64,000 nt of DNA, from positions 10,541 to 74,540 of the IMG/VR virus record IMGVR_UViG_3300005293_000039; one strand, 5' to 3'. Positions 8,122 to 16,510 of the stretch are shown here, one piece after another. Both the position numbers and the translations under genes were made by a program. Source of the stretch: a virus. Below the pieces are notes generated by a model. The model searched no databases, was not told the DNA's origin, and saw only the letters and a list, made by a program, of their open reading frames with translations. The stretch's first letter is position 1, and every line of letters starts with the position of its first letter.

Positions 8122-8343
8122 ATTCAAAAATAGAAAAGTCTTCAAGAGAGGTGCAAATCGTAGCGACGGTGCTGCTTCTTTTCGTGCGCCACTTGAGAAA
8201 TCAAATTGCAGGCTTTAGCGAACTCAAGCATGGTCGCCTTCAACTCTCCGGCGATGTTAGGCGTCACAACCAACTTCGCCTTCACAACCTGCTGACATTT
8301 CTTCATGCAGGCGCGAGTGTAACACGGGAGTAAATCCAAATGA
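8122..8343 (-). mobile_element. internally deleted IS200/IS605-type (tnpB) element
   Basis: 222 bp bounded by ATGA at 8118 and 8340; holds an antisense tnpB 5' fragment. Confidence 0.5.
8142..8306 (-). pseudogene. tnpB: TnpB N-terminal fragment (54 aa)
   Basis: QVVKAKLVVTP...LKATMLEFAKACNLIS...YDLH resembles TnpB N-termini; no RuvC. Confidence 0.65.
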
Positions 8344-8681
8344 GCGAACGCAACTACATCGAAAAGCAGGGATTAGATCGTTACGCCAACACTGATCCAT
8401 CACTTCACTTCAACGGCATTGAACGTTCTCCTGATGAACGCTGGCGCGGCGCATGGTTCTGGTGTCTCAAACATTGTGATTACGAAAGTGCTCAGTTGAT
8501 TCACGATCGCAACGCGCCGCCAAGTGATGAATGTTTCTATGGCGACCATGATCGTTGTGATTTTGGCTGGTGTAACTGCGTATGTCATGCACGAGTGAAA
8601 TTCGAGCTCGAACATCCACAATTGAAATCATTATCAGAACTTCAAAGCGAGCGTGAGGCTCAGATGGAGGATGCAGCGTAA
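8340..8681 (+). CDS. hypothetical Cys/His-rich protein
   Basis: C...H..C...CNCVCH. Confidence 0.6.
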   Translation: MSERNYIEKQGLDRYANTDPSLHFNGIERSPDERWRGAWFWCLKHCDYESAQLIHDRNAPPSDECFYGDHDRCDFGWCNCVCHARVKFELEHPQLKSLSELQSEREAQMEDAA

Positions 8682-8926
8682 TGGCTGATTTCATTCCTTG
8701 CTCACATTGTGATGGTGAAGGCTACGTCGAGCTGACCGGCGTTCATGCGGAGACGTTGAGCCTTCTACGCGGTCTTCCTGCGGCGCTCAACGGCGTCGAA
8801 CTTGCAAAGTTGGCGAACTGTAATCCGACCGCGATGAACAACCGCCTTGCGTGGCTCGAGTCTCAGGGGTTGGCCGGGCGTAAGCGTTACGGCAGAGAAA
8901 GTCTTTGGAGTGCCAGCAATGTATGA
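8681..8926 (+). CDS. winged-HTH protein with CxxCxGxG motif
   Basis: CSHCDGEG; ELAKLA...MNNRLAWLESQGL. Confidence 0.65.
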   Translation: MADFIPCSHCDGEGYVELTGVHAETLSLLRGLPAALNGVELAKLANCNPTAMNNRLAWLESQGLAGRKRYGRESLWSASNV

Positions 8927-9299
8927 ATGCGACACCATTGGATGCCCTGAATACGTTTCGCATCCCGGTCAGCTCTGCCTTGCTTGTACGCAACGCTGCG
9001 GCGCTGAAGACGATCCGCAAGACGACGATTACGACGAAGACGAAGGTTATTTGTAGAGAAGAAAGGGGAAGTAGATTGGAAAACTATGATGGCGATTTCA
9101 GATGTCAAGTAAGCGAAGGCGGACCATGCCGAAAAGAAGCGACAATGGTTTATCGCGAACCCTTCACACCCGCAAGCGTTGCGGTACCGGCCTGTGATGA
9201 ACACTCAGACGGTCTGTCAAAAGCAGGCTATCACTTCGATGAACAGGCCACGATTGAACTGGCGCGCGATCGCGAGCGTGAGGCGATGATCGGAGTCTA

Positions 9300-9701
9300 A
9301 TGAGTTACCGCTGGAACAGTTCATTTCGAGTAAAGCCTTCTCGTTTGAAGAGAAGCGGGATAAAGAGATCTCTGCGTCCGACTTTGAAGAAGATCGGCAG
9401 GCGAACTAAAGACTGGCGCAAGGTATGGCGCTTTCTCAAACCCGAACTCAAGAAGCGCGGGCGAACAGGTTGTGAGTTTGGATTCATACCGCATGAGTGT
9501 TGGGGGCCGCTCGATCCGGCGCATTCCAAGAAGCGCCGCAACATGAAAGGCAATGACATTTACACGTGCGCGATCGCTTGCCGCTACATACACAACTTTT
9601 TAGATCTGCAATGTACCCATGAGCAGATGGAATTGTTTGTGCTACACGCGATTGACCTTGCTGGCGGGTTAATTATTCCAGAAGTTAAGAAAGCGGCTTA
9701 G
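9300..9701 (+). CDS. His-Me finger nuclease-like (NinG/Ref-like) protein
   Basis: Basic N-terminus; CE...C...DPAH...CRYIH. Confidence 0.55.
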   Translation: MSYRWNSSFRVKPSRLKRSGIKRSLRPTLKKIGRRTKDWRKVWRFLKPELKKRGRTGCEFGFIPHECWGPLDPAHSKKRRNMKGNDIYTCAIACRYIHNFLDLQCTHEQMELFVLHAIDLAGGLIIPEVKKAA

Positions 9702-9727
9702 TGATACCCGAAAGGAAAACAGAGTAG

Positions 9728-9916
9728 ATGAAGATCCGAGACGTTACCGATCCACAGGAGTTGCTGCTGGCCCAGCTTGATGAAGTGCGGCGCAGGAACG
9801 CAGCAATGCGGGAAACAATCAGACAGAACCGCGCAACTTTAAGAGGCGGCATTGCAGAAGAAGCGCGTCTTGAGGCCGAGCTTGTGGAGCTGGCAATTAA
9901 GAAAGTTGAGATTTAG
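9728..9916 (+). CDS. hypothetical protein
   Basis: Operon ORF. Confidence 0.5.
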   Translation: MKIRDVTDPQELLLAQLDEVRRRNAAMRETIRQNRATLRGGIAEEARLEAELVELAIKKVEI

Positions 9917-9918
9917 TT

Positions 9919-10101
9919 GTGGCTGAAGAAGTGGTGGACGACAGGTTTGTTTGCACTAGAGAGAATCCGTGGTCAAGGGAGAAGGCCGAGCGGTCGGCGC
10001 ATCCTGACGCCCGTGAGATTGATAACCATCTTTGCGATTGCTGCGCAAAGTACGAGTGCCCTAACTGCGGATTGATATTCAAATGCGAGTTACCCCAATG
10101 A
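9919..10101 (+). CDS. small zinc-finger protein
   Basis: HPDA...CPNCG. Confidence 0.6.
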   Translation: MAEEVVDDRFVCTRENPWSREKAERSAHPDAREIDNHLCDCCAKYECPNCGLIFKCELPQ

Positions 10102-10610
10102 CCAAAGACAAGGCAACAGCAACCCGCGATCTCCGTTTGGAGCCGTGTCCGTTTGATGGTGGCGATGAAGTCGTTATCGGCAGCGGAAGTAACGACGGGC
10201 CGTATGTCCGGTGTTTCTTTTGCGACACGTATATTTTCGGGGATTCGGAGGCCGAAGTAATTGAGAAGTGGAATACGCGCGCCGGTGGTGTTGGGCTCAT
10301 CGCTAAGGAACGGGCGCGACAGTTGGCGGTTGAGGGCTGGACACCAGAGCATGATGATCACCATACGGATCAATCACTTGCACAAGCCGCTGCGTGTTAC
10401 GCGTGGCCTCCGATGCGTCCGATCGAGATTAAGAAGGCATGGCCGTGGAAACTGTGGGAATGGAAGCCCGAGCTGTTCGCGGTCGATGCAGGCGAAGTCG
10501 CAAAAGCCGAAGCGCGTATCCGCGTACTCGCAAAGGCTGGCGCGCTGATCGCAGCAGAGATAGATCGATTAGAACGCGCTCGCGCCGCCCTAAGCAGTGG
10601 GAAGGAGTAG
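10098..10610 (+). CDS. Lar-like zinc domain fused to conserved phage helical domain
   Basis: LEPCPF..G...VRC..C...WNTRA then ERARQ..EGWTPEHDD...KAGALIAAEIDRL. Confidence 0.7.
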   Translation: MTKDKATATRDLRLEPCPFDGGDEVVIGSGSNDGPYVRCFFCDTYIFGDSEAEVIEKWNTRAGGVGLIAKERARQLAVEGWTPEHDDHHTDQSLAQAAACYAWPPMRPIEIKKAWPWKLWEWKPELFAVDAGEVAKAEARIRVLAKAGALIAAEIDRLERARAALSSGKE

Positions 10611-10614
10611 AGGA

Positions 10615-10821
10615 ATGGCCAAGTTCAAAGACGGCGACAAGGTTCAGATGACACCGGAGACCCGAAAAGCAAACCCTGGTGCCCGCTCATTTACTGGCGT
10701 GGTCGTAGGTGAGGCACGGCACCCGAACGAGATCCGCATTCGGCGCGATGGACAAAAAACAATCGTGCTTTGGCATGAGACGGCATGGGAACTGAGATCT
10801 GGGGGCGTGCCAACGCCCTAG
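10615..10821 (+). CDS. small SH3/KOW-like protein
   Basis: FKDGDKV...TGVVVG. Confidence 0.5.
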   Translation: MAKFKDGDKVQMTPETRKANPGARSFTGVVVGEARHPNEIRIRRDGQKTIVLWHETAWELRSGGVPTP

Positions 10822-10857
10822 AGAGTTAATGAAACGGTTAACCGTAAAGGAGACCTA

Positions 10858-11082
10858 ATGAATAACGATGACCTAACCAAAGAATCGCGTTCCGTTTGGG
10901 GTTTGGCATTGGGCGAGACCGGTTATCAAGTTGGCAAGGACGGAGTGACTGCGATTGAGCCTATCGACGTAACCGGACAAATGGCATATGTGCCGTGGTT
11001 CAACGTCTGGCGCGGGCAAACGCTCGCCTGCAAGGTCAACGCAGCCTACGTTCACATCGTTGAATACGCGCCATCAAGTTGA
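10858..11082 (+). CDS. hypothetical protein
   Basis: AGGAG RBS. Confidence 0.6.
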   Translation: MNNDDLTKESRSVWGLALGETGYQVGKDGVTAIEPIDVTGQMAYVPWFNVWRGQTLACKVNAAYVHIVEYAPSS

Positions 11083-11091
11083 GGTTAGACC

Positions 11092-11334
11092 ATGAGTAAA
11101 GAGACCAGAGAGATCTCAGAACGGATCATTGCAGAGTGTACCGACATCACCGGTCGCGTCTTTCCTGCGAGAATGGCCAGCGCTATTGATGAAGCGCTCC
11201 GCGACCGGGATGAACGAGCGGCGAAGATTGCCGAATGCTGGCTAGATAACCGCGTCGCCAAGTCGTGGAACAGCACTCAAACAGCGAATGGAATCGCCGC
11301 CGCAATCAGAGACGGAGTAGCCGATGCTAAATGA
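11092..11334 (+). CDS. hypothetical protein
   Basis: ERAAKIAE...IAAAIR phage motif. Confidence 0.6.
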   Translation: MSKETREISERIIAECTDITGRVFPARMASAIDEALRDRDERAAKIAECWLDNRVAKSWNSTQTANGIAAAIRDGVADAK

Positions 11335-11674
11335 ACCGGAACTACAGGAGCAAAAATGCCCCGAATGTGGGTTGAGCAAGGGTCACAAGATGTCTTGCGT
11401 AAGGGGCAATCAGCTTGCGATGCGTCGCCAGCAGCCGGAGCGGTACGAACGTGAGTACGGCGAGCATTCCGTTGATCTGGATAGTCTGCGGCCTGTCCCG
11501 CTCGCTGAAGTTGCAAAGGGACCAAATCGCGAATGGAATGACAAGGCCAAAGCGCCCGAACTCTTTGAGCAGTGGTGGGCCAAGCACAGCGATAAGCATT
11601 GGTCTGTTAAGCACGCTGCCCGCGAAGGATGGTACGCGTGCGCTGAATCACTGGGAGTTTACGATGACAAGTAA
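11324..11674 (+). CDS. hypothetical protein
   Basis: CPECG...H..C. Confidence 0.55.
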   Translation: MLNEPELQEQKCPECGLSKGHKMSCVRGNQLAMRRQQPERYEREYGEHSVDLDSLRPVPLAEVAKGPNREWNDKAKAPELFEQWWAKHSDKHWSVKHAAREGWYACAESLGVYDDK

Positions 11675-11869
11675 GCAATTGACCGCCGAACAACTACAGG
11701 AATTGTTGAGAGTGGCTGAGAGCGACTTGCAATAAAGATTAATGAGTTTTTATTTCTGGAAATTTATTCATAACGCGTTGATCCACCCGCTAATGGCGTG
11801 GCCGTGGTCAGAGCCAAGATGGTTGAACCGCTTGCACGACTGGACGGGCGAGCGATGTAAAGGAGCAGG

Positions 11870-12172
11870 ATGAACATCAGAACTTTGAAATGGATACAAA
11901 CCTCGAAGAGACGTGTCATAGCTAACCGGAAAACCGTTATTTCTGAGACGTGGGAGGCGCGCACCCCGTTCGTTGCATACAAGGTTTACTCATCTGTGGC
12001 CGGACAGTGTTTTGTAGTTCTACCAAATTCGTTTGATGCGGGCGGTTTGCCGGGATTCTACCCTGACAGTCTCAGCGGACCACCTAGAAGACGTTGCGCC
12101 TCAGTCGCAGAAGGGAAACGCATCGCTGAAACGCATTGGACGCACGCCGTTGGGGAGGAACCGCAACTATGA
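11870..12172 (+). CDS. hypothetical protein
   Basis: AGGAG RBS; ATGA overlap with next gene. Confidence 0.55.
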   Translation: MNIRTLKWIQTSKRRVIANRKTVISETWEARTPFVAYKVYSSVAGQCFVVLPNSFDAGGLPGFYPDSLSGPPRRRCASVAEGKRIAETHWTHAVGEEPQL

Positions 12173-12777
12173 CAACTTCATCAGACCCGCAACCCCAGCA
12201 GCAGGAGGGGCCGGAGCTGAAGCCGTGCCCATTTGGACCACCGCCGGAACATCTACCGCCAGTTGTCAAAGAAGTCAACGCGACACAGGGAACGTACTGG
12301 TGGGTTGGCTGCGAGATTCACTTGAGTCCCTCTGCACCCCCGACAGGATGCGGAGTCGGACACAGTGCACTGACGCGCGAGGAAGCGATAGCGAAATGGC
12401 AATCCCGCGCCGATCTTCCACGCGCTACAGTAGAAGCAGTGAGCGCGACCGAGAATCACGTGTTTACCTGTGTTCGTTGCTCGCGTCAGTGGACAGTTGT
12501 CAGCAACCACGAACTTGAATGCTTCTTTTCAGGTTTGTGCTACTGGTGCCTGCGGGAAACAGGGATAGGTCAAGAGAGAGTTAAAACTGCCCTACTAACT
12601 GATACCGACGAGGTAATGGCTAAGGCTGCTCTGGAATTGTTCCGCGTCAACGAGATTGCTGCAGTCGTGACCAGCGAGCGCTCTATTGCGACGGTAGGGA
12701 AGGCTTATGACGATTTAAAGAAAGCTGTCCGCACCTGGTCCAAGTCCCGCGCAGCCACGAGTGAAGGGGGAGGGTGA
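12169..12777 (+). CDS. Lar-like zinc-ribbon protein
   Basis: LKPCPFG...WVGC...CG...EEAIAKWQSRA. Confidence 0.6.
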   Translation: MTTSSDPQPQQQEGPELKPCPFGPPPEHLPPVVKEVNATQGTYWWVGCEIHLSPSAPPTGCGVGHSALTREEAIAKWQSRADLPRATVEAVSATENHVFTCVRCSRQWTVVSNHELECFFSGLCYWCLRETGIGQERVKTALLTDTDEVMAKAALELFRVNEIAAVVTSERSIATVGKAYDDLKKAVRTWSKSRAATSEGGG

Positions 12778-12992
12778 CAATGCCTGAGGAACGAACGCCG
12801 GGTGGTGAGTTGTTTAGGCTAGTGGAGCAAGATCTTGGGTTTGCTCATATCTCGGATGCGCTTGACGATCTCCCATTGGAGCGCGTTCTGGCGATTGCAC
12901 GTGGCTCGTTAAAACATACAGAGAGCGCGTCTAAAAAGTTGAGACGGTTTATCCGTAAATACGAGCGCGAAGTGAAAGGCAAATCACAATGA
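12774..12992 (+). CDS. hypothetical protein
   Basis: GTGA overlap. Confidence 0.5.
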   Translation: MTMPEERTPGGELFRLVEQDLGFAHISDALDDLPLERVLAIARGSLKHTESASKKLRRFIRKYEREVKGKSQ

Positions 12993-13148
12993 GACCTGAT
13001 CCAGGACAGTCCCTGCCTCTGCTGATAGGGCTACTACTGATTATCTTGGTTTTATTCATCGTGGCGGTTGGTCCAAAGCCACAGGCCGCGTTCAGAATTA
13101 CCACGAAGGAAGGGTGTCGATGTTTTTAGTGTTGGGAGGCGAATTGAA

Positions 13149-13433
13149 ATGAGCAGTGAGACGACATTCACATTAGAGGAAATCAAACAAGGCTGCGAAC
13201 CGCTTTGGAATAACGTCGAGTGTCTGACGTGTTCGCGGTTGCTAGGTTACATCAAAGACCTTCTCTCCTGTATTGAAGGCAGGGGAGTAGAGAACGCGCG
13301 TAAATTAACGCGGCCAGAGATTAACCATCTGCTCGGTCTACTCGAAGCGGAGCGCGAATCCGGGGAGTATACCGGGCCACGCGAACAGTATTACGCTCGC
13401 ACGAAACGGTTGATTAGATGGTGTCAGGAGTAG
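13149..13433 (+). CDS. hypothetical protein
   Basis: GGAGG RBS. Confidence 0.5.
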   Translation: MSSETTFTLEEIKQGCEPLWNNVECLTCSRLLGYIKDLLSCIEGRGVENARKLTRPEINHLLGLLEAERESGEYTGPREQYYARTKRLIRWCQE

Positions 13434-13438
13434 GTCAA

Positions 13439-13762
13439 ATGAGCGAACTAAACACGATTGCCGATGGTCTTAACAGCCTACTGGCATCCTACGCTGAGCC
13501 GTGTGTCTGTGACTGCGAGCATAGCCATTGCCCGTTGTTGCGAGAGCTTTACGCACTACGAATCAAGGCCACGCTGGAGAAGGCGCGACTGACAGTTAGG
13601 CCAATCGTTGATAGCGAGAAGCAAGGCGAGCAGGTAGGCAACTTGGTGAACATGCGACTACATGGCACCACAGGCGGCGAGCGGTGTGCTGAGTCGGAAA
13701 TAAAGAACACAACCGAAGATCCGATTGTGATAATGGACCATGAGAGAAATTCTACTAACTAA
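13439..13762 (+). CDS. hypothetical protein
   Basis: Operon ORF. Confidence 0.5.
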   Translation: MSELNTIADGLNSLLASYAEPCVCDCEHSHCPLLRELYALRIKATLEKARLTVRPIVDSEKQGEQVGNLVNMRLHGTTGGERCAESEIKNTTEDPIVIMDHERNSTN

Positions 13763-14240
13763 TAACAAAATCGCCCTTGTTGACGATGGGGATTTTGAGA
13801 CTTTGTCTCGGTTCAAGTGGACGGCGTATAAAAAGCGATCTACATGGTACGCGCATCGCACGGTTCACGCCTCTGAGCGTGAGTTGCTAGGTGGTCGCAA
13901 GTCAATTTCAATGCATCGATTCTTACTGAGCCATCTTCCGACTAAGGGAATAGAAATCGACCACAAGAATCGCAACGGACTGGATAACCAACGAGAAAAT
14001 CTGCGCGTTGCCACGCGGAGTCTGAACCAAATGAATTGCGGCCCATACAAAGGCAACAAGAGCGGCTATAAGGGCGTTTCATGGAGACAAAAGGGTCGCG
14101 TTATCGCGCAGATCTACATCAACACGCGGCGCGTTTACTTAGGACGGTTCGATACGCCAGAGCAGGCCGCACGCGCATACGACGCTAAAGCAAAAGAGCT
14201 ATTCGGCGAGTTCGCTTATCTAAACTTTCCAGAAGGGTAA
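13740..14240 (+). CDS. HNH-AP2 endonuclease
   Basis: MHR...IDHKNRNGLDNQRENLR; SGYKGV...YLGRFDTPEQAARAYD. Confidence 0.92.
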   Translation: MREILLTNNKIALVDDGDFETLSRFKWTAYKKRSTWYAHRTVHASERELLGGRKSISMHRFLLSHLPTKGIEIDHKNRNGLDNQRENLRVATRSLNQMNCGPYKGNKSGYKGVSWRQKGRVIAQIYINTRRVYLGRFDTPEQAARAYDAKAKELFGEFAYLNFPEG

Positions 14241-14244
14241 ATCA

Positions 14245-15105
14245 ATGCCGGAAATCTGTAGCGAGTGTGGGCACGTCAAACTCAACCCGTGGCGTGGTTA
14301 TTGCCAGCATGAAGTATCAGCATTCGGCAAGCGTCCGGTTAGATACTGCGGCTGCAAGTGCGTCTTCCCTGCGCCACCTGAGGTTGTTGAGCAAGTTAAG
14401 GCTGAGAATTGTAAGCCCGCCGGGGATTGCGCGAACTGTGGAGCGCCTATCGTAGAAGCGTTTGCGCCCGGCATTGGGGATTACTGGTATCACGTGCGCG
14501 GACTTGCTTATTGTGACACGGACAACCCGAGCTTTGATCGCACCGCAACGCCTCAATGGTTAGCAGAGGAAGAAGCAAGCAAAACATCCGTGCCCGCTTC
14601 AGTACCAGCCGAGGCTGCGGCGAATTACATTCACTTGCCTCAGTATCCAATGAACGGCACTCAACTGGAATGTGACGGATCAGAGTTGCGACCCGATGGA
14701 ACGTGCGCCAAGTGTGAGCGAATAAATGATCGTATTGAAGCCCATTACACCAAGCTGAGCACCGCTACTAACAGCGCCGCAGTGGAAGCGGCGCGATTGG
14801 CCGCACGGGAAATTTTCAGGTATCTGGAAACCGCTCGACCGCACCCGACGTCGCCTGAATGGAATTCCGTGAACGTGACGGCCACCGGGAAAACAGTACT
14901 TGAAGATGCGGTAGTTGCAATTATCTCGCACCATTTCCCTCTCACTGAGGCAGCAGGTGCGATTACTGATCTTAGATCTCTTAGGCAACAGGTTGAGGAT
15001 ACGGTTCTAGTGGCACAAACAGAGGAAGACTCTGACGGGTTTATTACGGCATACCACTTTAAGACCGGAGCTATCCATCGGCTGTTAGCGGAGGCGCGGA
15101 AATGA
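14245..15105 (+). CDS. mosaic Cys-rich hypothetical protein
   Basis: Several CxxC modules. Confidence 0.6.
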   Translation: MPEICSECGHVKLNPWRGYCQHEVSAFGKRPVRYCGCKCVFPAPPEVVEQVKAENCKPAGDCANCGAPIVEAFAPGIGDYWYHVRGLAYCDTDNPSFDRTATPQWLAEEEASKTSVPASVPAEAAANYIHLPQYPMNGTQLECDGSELRPDGTCAKCERINDRIEAHYTKLSTATNSAAVEAARLAAREIFRYLETARPHPTSPEWNSVNVTATGKTVLEDAVVAIISHHFPLTEAAGAITDLRSLRQQVEDTVLVAQTEEDSDGFITAYHFKTGAIHRLLAEARK

Positions 15106-15488
15106 CTCTCAAGTGTGGATATTGCGGGAACTATAAACCCGAGGCATTAGCTGAATTCGGCGTTACTATGAAAGCCGTGCCCACTGGGGCAGCAATACCG
15201 GCTGGAGAGTTGAGGCCACATGGTGATATGTCATTCACAGAAGAAGTTGCGTGGCGGCGGGAACGCGAAAAACAAATGCTTGCTTCAATGGCAGCGCAGG
15301 GGAGGTGGATTGAGCGGCTCAACGCAGAGGTAGCACGACTCACAGAACTTCTGACCGATGCCTGTGAAACGGAAAGTAACTGCCGTGCCCTGCTAAAGCC
15401 TTACGATAAATCTGACTCACTTGGAATAGTTCCGTTAGTAGAGGTAATCACAATTGCGCTTGAAGATCTAAAACAGAAGGGGAACTAA
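15102..15488 (+). CDS. hypothetical protein
   Basis: ATGA overlap. Confidence 0.55.
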   Translation: MTLKCGYCGNYKPEALAEFGVTMKAVPTGAAIPAGELRPHGDMSFTEEVAWRREREKQMLASMAAQGRWIERLNAEVARLTELLTDACETESNCRALLKPYDKSDSLGIVPLVEVITIALEDLKQKGN

Positions 15489-15598
15489 TGAAATCTCAAC
15501 TATCCAAAAGAGCTGATCTCTACCAAATTAAAAGATTTGGATCTCTTAAACCTCATAAACCTTTAACAGAAGCTATTGCCAGAACTGTACGTAAGCAT

Positions 15599-15628
15599 TT
15601 GACGGGCGATAAGAAGCAGGGATAGACT
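15599..15628 (+). promoter_or_regulatory. sigma70-like promoter of membrane moron cluster
   Basis: TTGACG-18 bp-TAGACT just upstream of 15639. Confidence 0.5.
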
Positions 15629-15638
15629 CTGCGGCACC

Positions 15639-15848
15639 ATGATTCCTCTGCTTGGAATTTTACTCTCCATCTACCTCGCGTTTAAGGGGATTGAGATCTT
15701 TCAGATTGCCTATTCCAACAAAGATGCTCCGTTTGGATCATTGGTTTTAGGTGCTGTAATGATGGTGGTCGGCATCCTCATCGGACTCATATTTGGGGTG
15801 CTGTTTATGGATAGCGGGACTTCCATGCCTAGTATCCCGAGACTTTAA
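15639..15848 (+). CDS. 2-TM membrane protein
   Basis: Two hydrophobic segments. Confidence 0.7.
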   Translation: MIPLLGILLSIYLAFKGIEIFQIAYSNKDAPFGSLVLGAVMMVVGILIGLIFGVLFMDSGTSMPSIPRL

Positions 15849-15852
15849 AATC

Positions 15853-16230
15853 ATGACATCATCCATTTCCTCCCTCCTGATGGTTATTGGCCTTTGGCTT
15901 ACGTTGGCTTTCTTCTGCTGCGGCGAGAATCGAAATCCATCTCAGACAGCTTACAAAGTTACTTACCGAGTTGATGGACAGGGAACCAACACGGCGCATG
16001 TTCTGTTCACGGATTCACGTGACGCTACCGTAAGCGACAACGTTGACTTGCCCTGGACTCAGAGTTTTGAAGCGGAAGGCGGGCGGCTGCTTCTGTTGAG
16101 CGCACGTAACACGGGCGGCGTTTCCGCTTCAGTCACCGCCGCGATTATTGTGAATGGGAAAATTGTGGACGATAAGACAGCGGGTGGACGCATCGATACG
16201 GCGGAAGTGACTTATCGCTGTCCGTGGTGA
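15853..16230 (+). CDS. exported lipoprotein, MmpS-like beta-sandwich
   Basis: Hydrophobic leader ending LAFFCC; VTYRV.G...VDLPW...IIVNGK. Confidence 0.6.
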   Translation: MTSSISSLLMVIGLWLTLAFFCCGENRNPSQTAYKVTYRVDGQGTNTAHVLFTDSRDATVSDNVDLPWTQSFEAEGGRLLLLSARNTGGVSASVTAAIIVNGKIVDDKTAGGRIDTAEVTYRCPW

Positions 16231-16236
16231 AGTGAA

Positions 16237-16470
16237 TTGAAGCAACTGCACGGAGCCAGCGACGCAGATCAGCTAATTTTTGTGAAGCCTAAAATCCCAA
16301 AATCTGAAATCCCTACATTGGTGATCGGTATTGCCATTCTCTTAATTTTCGGCATCATCGTTTACCGCGAAATGGACAGGTCTATGACTGAACCCAACTC
16401 AACAAGCGGCTCAAAGATTGTAGTGCCTCCAGTGTACAAGGGCCGTGGTCTTTTCCCCTTAACCCCTTAA
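16237..16470 (+). CDS. 1-TM protein
   Basis: LVIGIAILLIFGIIVY. Confidence 0.5.
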   Translation: MKQLHGASDADQLIFVKPKIPKSEIPTLVIGIAILLIFGIIVYREMDRSMTEPNSTSGSKIVVPPVYKGRGLFPLTP

Positions 16471-16510
16471 CCACTTAATACATCGACAGAGAACACGAGC
16501 GCGACTTTTA

